NCBI GenBank assembly: GCA_964021785.1
Contig: CAXIAX010000003.1
Span: forward strand, 1,491 to 65,490
DNA from: an uncultured Flavobacteriales bacterium
GTDB taxonomy: Bacteria; Bacteroidota; Bacteroidia; Flavobacteriales_D; CAJJDF01
Reading direction: 5' to 3'
Length of the DNA: 64,000 bases
The translations under genes were made by a program, and so were the position numbers. The notes under the pieces are model-generated. The model ran no database searches. It was not told the origin of the DNA and saw nothing but the letters and a program-made list of their open reading frames with translations. Positions 59,487 to 64,000 of the stretch are shown here, piece after piece (the first letter of the stretch is position 1; every line of letters begins with the position of its first letter).

Positions 59487-59565
59487 AGTTTTAATCATTC
59501 ACAATCAAAAGAATTTACATGAACAGTGTGTTTTTTTTCATGAAAAGTGTGTTTTTATTTTTTAA

Positions 59566-60585
59566 CTAATAAATATTTACTTCTCTTTCTAGAGTAATTT
59601 GAAAATTCTTTAATACAGATTTCATAATTAGTGAAGATAAATCATAAATATCTTTTCCTTTACTTTCTCCATAATTCACAAGGACTAGCGCTTGATTTTC
59701 GTGTACTCCATAATCCCCTTTTCTTGTCCCTTTCCACCCCAAATGATCAATAAGCCATCCCGCAGCAATTTTTATTTCTCCATTAGGTAATTTATAATAA
59801 GACATTTGAGGAAATTGATCTTTCAAATCTTCAAAATGAGATAGAGAAATAACTGGGTTTTTGAAAAAACTTCCTGCATTCCCTATTTTATTTGGATCTG
59901 GTAATTTTCTTAATCGAATACTTGTTACGGCATCACTAATTGCCTTTATTGATAGCTTATCCACTTTCATTTTTTTCAACTCACTTTCTATTGCTCCATA
60001 TGAGACATTAAACTGTGGTTTTTTTGACAATTTATAAACTACTGATGTAATTATATATTGACCTTTTAAAGCGTTTTTGAAAACACTATCTCTATATCCA
60101 AATTCACATTCTTCTTTTGAAAATATTTTTAGTTTTCCTGTAGCTATTTCAATAGCTTCTAAACTATGAAAAACATCTTTTATCTCTACTCCATAAGCAC
60201 CTATGTTTTGCATTGGACTTGCTCCCACATTTCCGGGAATTAAAGATAAATTTTCTATTCCTGCATAGTTATTACTAACACAATATTGCACAAATTCGTG
60301 CCAGTTTTCTCCAGCTCCAGATTTAATATATATTTCTTCCTCGTCCTCCTTTTCTATCGATATACCTTTCAAATTATTCTTCAATACCAAACCATCAAAA
60401 TCTTTGGTAAATAACAAGTTACTTCCTCCTCCCAAAATTAACAGTTCTTCTTTCATTAGTTCGGTATCTTTCAATACTTCTTGAAGTTCTTCTAGATTGG
60501 AAAACTGAGTGAAAAATTTAGCAGAAACCGGCACACCAAAAGTGGTATACTTCTTGATAGATTTATTCTTTTCTATGTCAATCAT
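59566..60585 (-). CDS. murB: UDP-N-acetylmuramate dehydrogenase
   Basis: YTTFGVPVSAKFF, the FAD-binding ILGGGSNLLF, and the C-terminal AAGWLID..GWKG and YGVHENQALVLVN. Confidence 0.9.
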   Translation of the reverse strand: MIDIEKNKSIKKYTTFGVPVSAKFFTQFSNLEELQEVLKDTELMKEELLILGGGSNLLFTKDFDGLVLKNNLKGISIEKEDEEEIYIKSGAGENWHEFVQYCVSNNYAGIENLSLIPGNVGASPMQNIGAYGVEIKDVFHSLEAIEIATGKLKIFSKEECEFGYRDSVFKNALKGQYIITSVVYKLSKKPQFNVSYGAIESELKKMKVDKLSIKAISDAVTSIRLRKLPDPNKIGNAGSFFKNPVISLSHFEDLKDQFPQMSYYKLPNGEIKIAAGWLIDHLGWKGTRKGDYGVHENQALVLVNYGESKGKDIYDLSSLIMKSVLKNFQITLEREVNIY

Positions 60586-60689
60586 TTTTTTTGTATTTTT
60601 AGGAAGTGGATAAAAATACTACTTTATTTAACAATTAGAGCATCCTTTTTGCCTACTATTCGTATTTATATTACATATAAATAATTTTT

Positions 60690-63600
60690 ATGATAAAAAG
60701 TCACACATATAAATTTTTCCTTACTCTTGCGGGTATGATTTTGAGTTTATTGACTTTTTCTCAACATGACCATGAAGAATCTTCTAATCATTATTTTTTC
60801 AAACAAAATAAAGGCCAATGGAATGAAGTGATTGAATACAAGGCCGATTTAATTGATGGTGCTATGTTTCTTGAAAAACAAGGAATAACTTATCATTTTA
60901 AAGATAAAAGTTACTTGAGAGCTTCACACGCAACAAAAGAATATATTCCTAAACCGAAAAATGTAAAAGGTCATGTTGTAAGAGTAAAATTTAAAGGGGC
61001 AAATACAAATCCAATCATTTCATCTGAAAGAAAATCACCTCATTATGAAAATTATTTTGTTGGAACCGACAAATCAAAATGGGCTTCGGAGGTGAGAGTA
61101 TTTAATGAAGTAAGCTATTCCAATATTTATCCTGGTATTGATTTCAAAATATATGAATCTCAATCTAATATGAAATATGATTTTGTTGTTTCGCCAGGAG
61201 CAAATCATAAAAATATTCAAGTTGAGTATAATGGAGCGGATGATTTATATATTGATCAAGGAGTCCTTTATGTAAAAACAACTATAACCGATATTATAGA
61301 AAACAAACCCTATGCTTATCAAATAATAAATGGAGAAAAAGTAGAGGTTATTTGCAACTATAAACTCAAACGAAATATTTTAAAATTTGACTTTCCAAAA
61401 GGATATGACAAAACGAAAGAATTAATAATTGACCCGGTTTTAATTTTTAGCTCCTATTCTGGTGCAGTTTCGGATAACTTTGGGTACACTGCAACTTATG
61501 ACACCTTGGGGTTTACTTATGGTGGTGGTGTAATTTTTGGAACAAGCTACCCTACCACAACAGGGGCGTATGACACCTCTTTTAATGGAGGTTCTGGAGG
61601 AAGAACCTCTGTACCTGCCGATATTGCTATTTCTAAATTTAATGCTAATGGATCTGCCTTAGTTTATTCTACTTTCCTTGGTGGTGCAGGAGATGAATCT
61701 CCACATAGTATTGTAACCAATGATGCAGGCGAATTGTATATTCTTGGAACTACAGGCTCTTCCAACTTTCCTACTTCTGTTGGTTGTTATGACAACACAT
61801 TTAATGGAGGAACAAATTTCCCAGGTTCTGCCGTAGATTACCCTTCGGGATGCGATATAATAATTACTAAACTGAATGCCGCAGGAACTGCTCTTCTGTC
61901 GTCTACCTATGTTGGAGGATCTGGAAATGACGGATTGAACAATAATGCTGGATTAAAAAACAACTATGGAGATGAATTTAGAGGAGAAATAATAGTAGAT
62001 CAATCAAACAATTGCTACGTTTCTTCTGTGACAAACTCTACCAACTTTCCTGTTGTGGGAGGTTCAGGTTTTAAAGGAGGTAGTTCAGACGGAGTAGTTT
62101 TTAAATTAAACCCTACTCTTTCTGTACTAACCTGGAGTACCCACATAGGAGGCTCTGGAATTGATGCTGCTTATGGTATTCAACAAGATGCCGCAGGAAA
62201 TACATTTATTGCAGGAGGAACCACAAGTACCAATTTAGATTCTGCTGTGAATACTAACTCGGGAGGAGTTGATGGATTTTTAGCTAAATATAGCCCTGCA
62301 AATATTCTACTTAATTCAAGATACATTGGAACTGCCTCATACGACCAATGTTATTTTGTTCAAATCGATATCTTCGATTCTGTATACACATTTGGTCAAT
62401 CGCTTGGAGCAATGCCTGTGACTGCAGGAAAATATTCTAATGCTGGTAGTCATCAATTCATACAGAAATACGACAACACACTTACTACCTTAGATTTTAG
62501 TACTGTTTTTGGCTCTACAAGCTCTACTATTAATATTTCTCCTTCTGCATTTTTGGTAAATGATTGCGGATTAATTTATATGAGCGGCTGGGGAGGAACA
62601 GTAAATTCTGCGGGCGGAACCACCACAGGATTACCAATTTCTGCGGGTGCGTTTCAAACTACAACTGATGGTTCTGACTTTTATTTAATGGTATTAGAAA
62701 AAAATGCAACTGGACTAAATTACGCTACATTTTTTGGAGGATCCGGATCTAATGAACATGTAGACGGAGGAACAAGTAGATTTGACAAAAAAGGAAATGT
62801 ATATCAAGCTGTTTGTGCTGGTTGTTCTGGTAGTTTTCCTACTACACCTGGCGCTTGGGCAACTACCAATGGAAGCACCAATTGCAACCTTGGTGTTTTT
62901 AAATTTAATATCAATGAAATAAAAGCAATTGCAAGTATTCCTACAGTAATCATTTGCTACCCAAATGCTGCTTTTTTTAGTAATAGCAGTTCCAATGGTA
63001 ATGCTTATTTATGGGACTTTGGAGATGGAAATACTAGTACAGCATTTGCTCCTACTCACTTCTATTCTTCTGCAGGAACCTACACAGCTTCTTTATTGGT
63101 ATATGATTCTACAGGATGTATAAAACCTGATTCTTCTACTATAACAATTATTGTATTTGATCCGGCTTCTGCAGTTACTTCTCCAGATACTGTAATTTGC
63201 CCAAATACTTCTGTTCAACTTTCAGCAACCGGAGGATCTACTTATTTATGGAGCCCTTCTGCCACACTAAGTAATGACACTATTGCCAACCCAATTGCCA
63301 CACCAACTTCTGCTACTACGTATCAAGTTATTGTTTCTAATATTTGTGGTATCGACACTAGCTACATTAATGTTTCTTTTCATCCAACCTCAACATTAAC
63401 AAGCAAAGACAGTACAATTTGTTCGGGAGACACTGCTCAGTTATATGCAGCCGGAGGTACTACCTATAATTGGACTCCATCTGCTAGTATTGTTAATCCA
63501 TCCTCTGCTACTCCTTCTGTATTCCCAACCGCAACCACCAATTACTATGTAAATGTTGTTACACCTCAAGGTTGTAATGCCATAGACTCTGTATTGATAA

Positions 63601-64000
63601 CCGTTATAGATATACCAAACCCTATTCTTTCGGATGACGATTCTATTTGTTTTGGCGATAGAATTACTTTAAACGCATCTGGAGCCGACTCATATCTGTG
63701 GAGCCCTGCAGCTAGTTTAAGCAACACCACAGGCACTTCGGTAACTGCCTCACCAGGAAATACAACTACCTATTTTGTAGATTACACAAATCAATGTGCT
63801 ACACTTACAGATAGTGTTACAATTATTGTGGTTGTTCCAAATGCAACTTCCTCTCCCAATGATACCATTTGTTTTAATGAATCGACCACCATTTGGGCTA
63901 CCGGTGGAGTCACTTATTCATGGAGTCCTAGTTCATTTGCTGCTCAACCAACCAATGACACAACAGATGTAAATCCTACATCTCCTACTGTTTTTAGAGT
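60690..64000 (+). CDS. partial giant surface protein: SBBP beta-propeller repeats, PKD domain, then repeated Ig-like modules (3' end beyond window)
   Basis: Not in the track because it is open at the window edge. My translation starts MIKSHTYKFFLTLAGMILSLLTFSQ. It contains YSTFLGGAGDESPHSIVTNDAGELYILGTTGSSNFPTS-type repeats and WDFGDGNTSTAFAPTHFYSSAGTYTASLLVYD (PKD). At least four C.G....L.A.GG..Y.WSP modules follow. Confidence 0.8.
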   Translation, partial: MIKSHTYKFFLTLAGMILSLLTFSQHDHEESSNHYFFKQNKGQWNEVIEYKADLIDGAMFLEKQGITYHFKDKSYLRASHATKEYIPKPKNVKGHVVRVKFKGANTNPIISSERKSPHYENYFVGTDKSKWASEVRVFNEVSYSNIYPGIDFKIYESQSNMKYDFVVSPGANHKNIQVEYNGADDLYIDQGVLYVKTTITDIIENKPYAYQIINGEKVEVICNYKLKRNILKFDFPKGYDKTKELIIDPVLIFSSYSGAVSDNFGYTATYDTLGFTYGGGVIFGTSYPTTTGAYDTSFNGGSGGRTSVPADIAISKFNANGSALVYSTFLGGAGDESPHSIVTNDAGELYILGTTGSSNFPTSVGCYDNTFNGGTNFPGSAVDYPSGCDIIITKLNAAGTALLSSTYVGGSGNDGLNNNAGLKNNYGDEFRGEIIVDQSNNCYVSSVTNSTNFPVVGGSGFKGGSSDGVVFKLNPTLSVLTWSTHIGGSGIDAAYGIQQDAAGNTFIAGGTTSTNLDSAVNTNSGGVDGFLAKYSPANILLNSRYIGTASYDQCYFVQIDIFDSVYTFGQSLGAMPVTAGKYSNAGSHQFIQKYDNTLTTLDFSTVFGSTSSTINISPSAFLVNDCGLIYMSGWGGTVNSAGGTTTGLPISAGAFQTTTDGSDFYLMVLEKNATGLNYATFFGGSGSNEHVDGGTSRFDKKGNVYQAVCAGCSGSFPTTPGAWATTNGSTNCNLGVFKFNINEIKAIASIPTVIICYPNAAFFSNSSSNGNAYLWDFGDGNTSTAFAPTHFYSSAGTYTASLLVYDSTGCIKPDSSTITIIVFDPASAVTSPDTVICPNTSVQLSATGGSTYLWSPSATLSNDTIANPIATPTSATTYQVIVSNICGIDTSYINVSFHPTSTLTSKDSTICSGDTAQLYAAGGTTYNWTPSASIVNPSSATPSVFPTATTNYYVNVVTPQGCNAIDSVLITVIDIPNPILSDDDSICFGDRITLNASGADSYLWSPAASLSNTTGTSVTASPGNTTTYFVDYTNQCATLTDSVTIIVVVPNATSSPNDTICFNESTTIWATGGVTYSWSPSSFAAQPTNDTTDVNPTSPTVFR

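Noticed and set aside
1-64000. tRNA, rRNA, tmRNA, RNase P or SRP RNA genes
   Set aside because: I scanned every intergenic gap longer than 100 nt by eye. None has a GC-rich T-arm (GGTTCGAA-type) or other structured-RNA signature. All the gaps are AT-rich promoter or terminator DNA or the repeats described above.

Overview
This is a visibly AT-rich, gene-dense chromosomal segment with about 62 protein genes on both strands and short intergenic gaps. It reads as Bacteroidota, most likely Flavobacteriia. The evidence is type IX secretion (T9SS) C-terminal sorting domains of both type A and type B, a PorP/SprF gene, a PorV/PorQ-like barrel, and recurring TAnnTTTG -7 promoter boxes. Most of the window is ordinary housekeeping: smpB, aroE, purine nucleoside phosphorylase, cbpA/cbpM, ribD, clpX, radC, dapF, truA, rplU-rpmA, an ftsE-like gene, miaA, ddl, rnz, tag, folD, ffh, argS and murB. 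I found no rRNA, tRNA, CRISPR array, transposase, integrase or recognisable defence gene. The accessory content is mostly secreted or surface proteins. There are five T9SS cargo genes: a 1545-aa M43 metalloprotease next to PorP/SprF, two tandem paralogs with type B CTDs, an FG-GAP/VCBS protein with a type A CTD, and a partial giant SBBP/PKD adhesin at the right edge. There are also several lipoproteins of unknown function. I cannot point to a complete novel system with confidence. The best candidates for follow-up are these: (1) the PorV/PorQ-like / M43 cargo / PorP-SprF trio and its unrecognised two-cysteine repeat; (2) an ECF sigma operon whose two downstream proteins share a C-terminal FN..CRMPxG module and lack a canonical anti-sigma domain; (3) a rhomboid protease whose cytoplasmic tail motif recurs in the small protein encoded 3 nt downstream; (4) a family of short intergenic repeats; (5) a 21-bp-spaced direct repeat upstream of one T9SS paralog. 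Several ORF-track starts are over-extended or non-ATG, and I corrected them where the sequence supports it (S46 peptidase, YkgJ-like, YigZ, cyclase-like, FG-GAP protein, FtsE-like).
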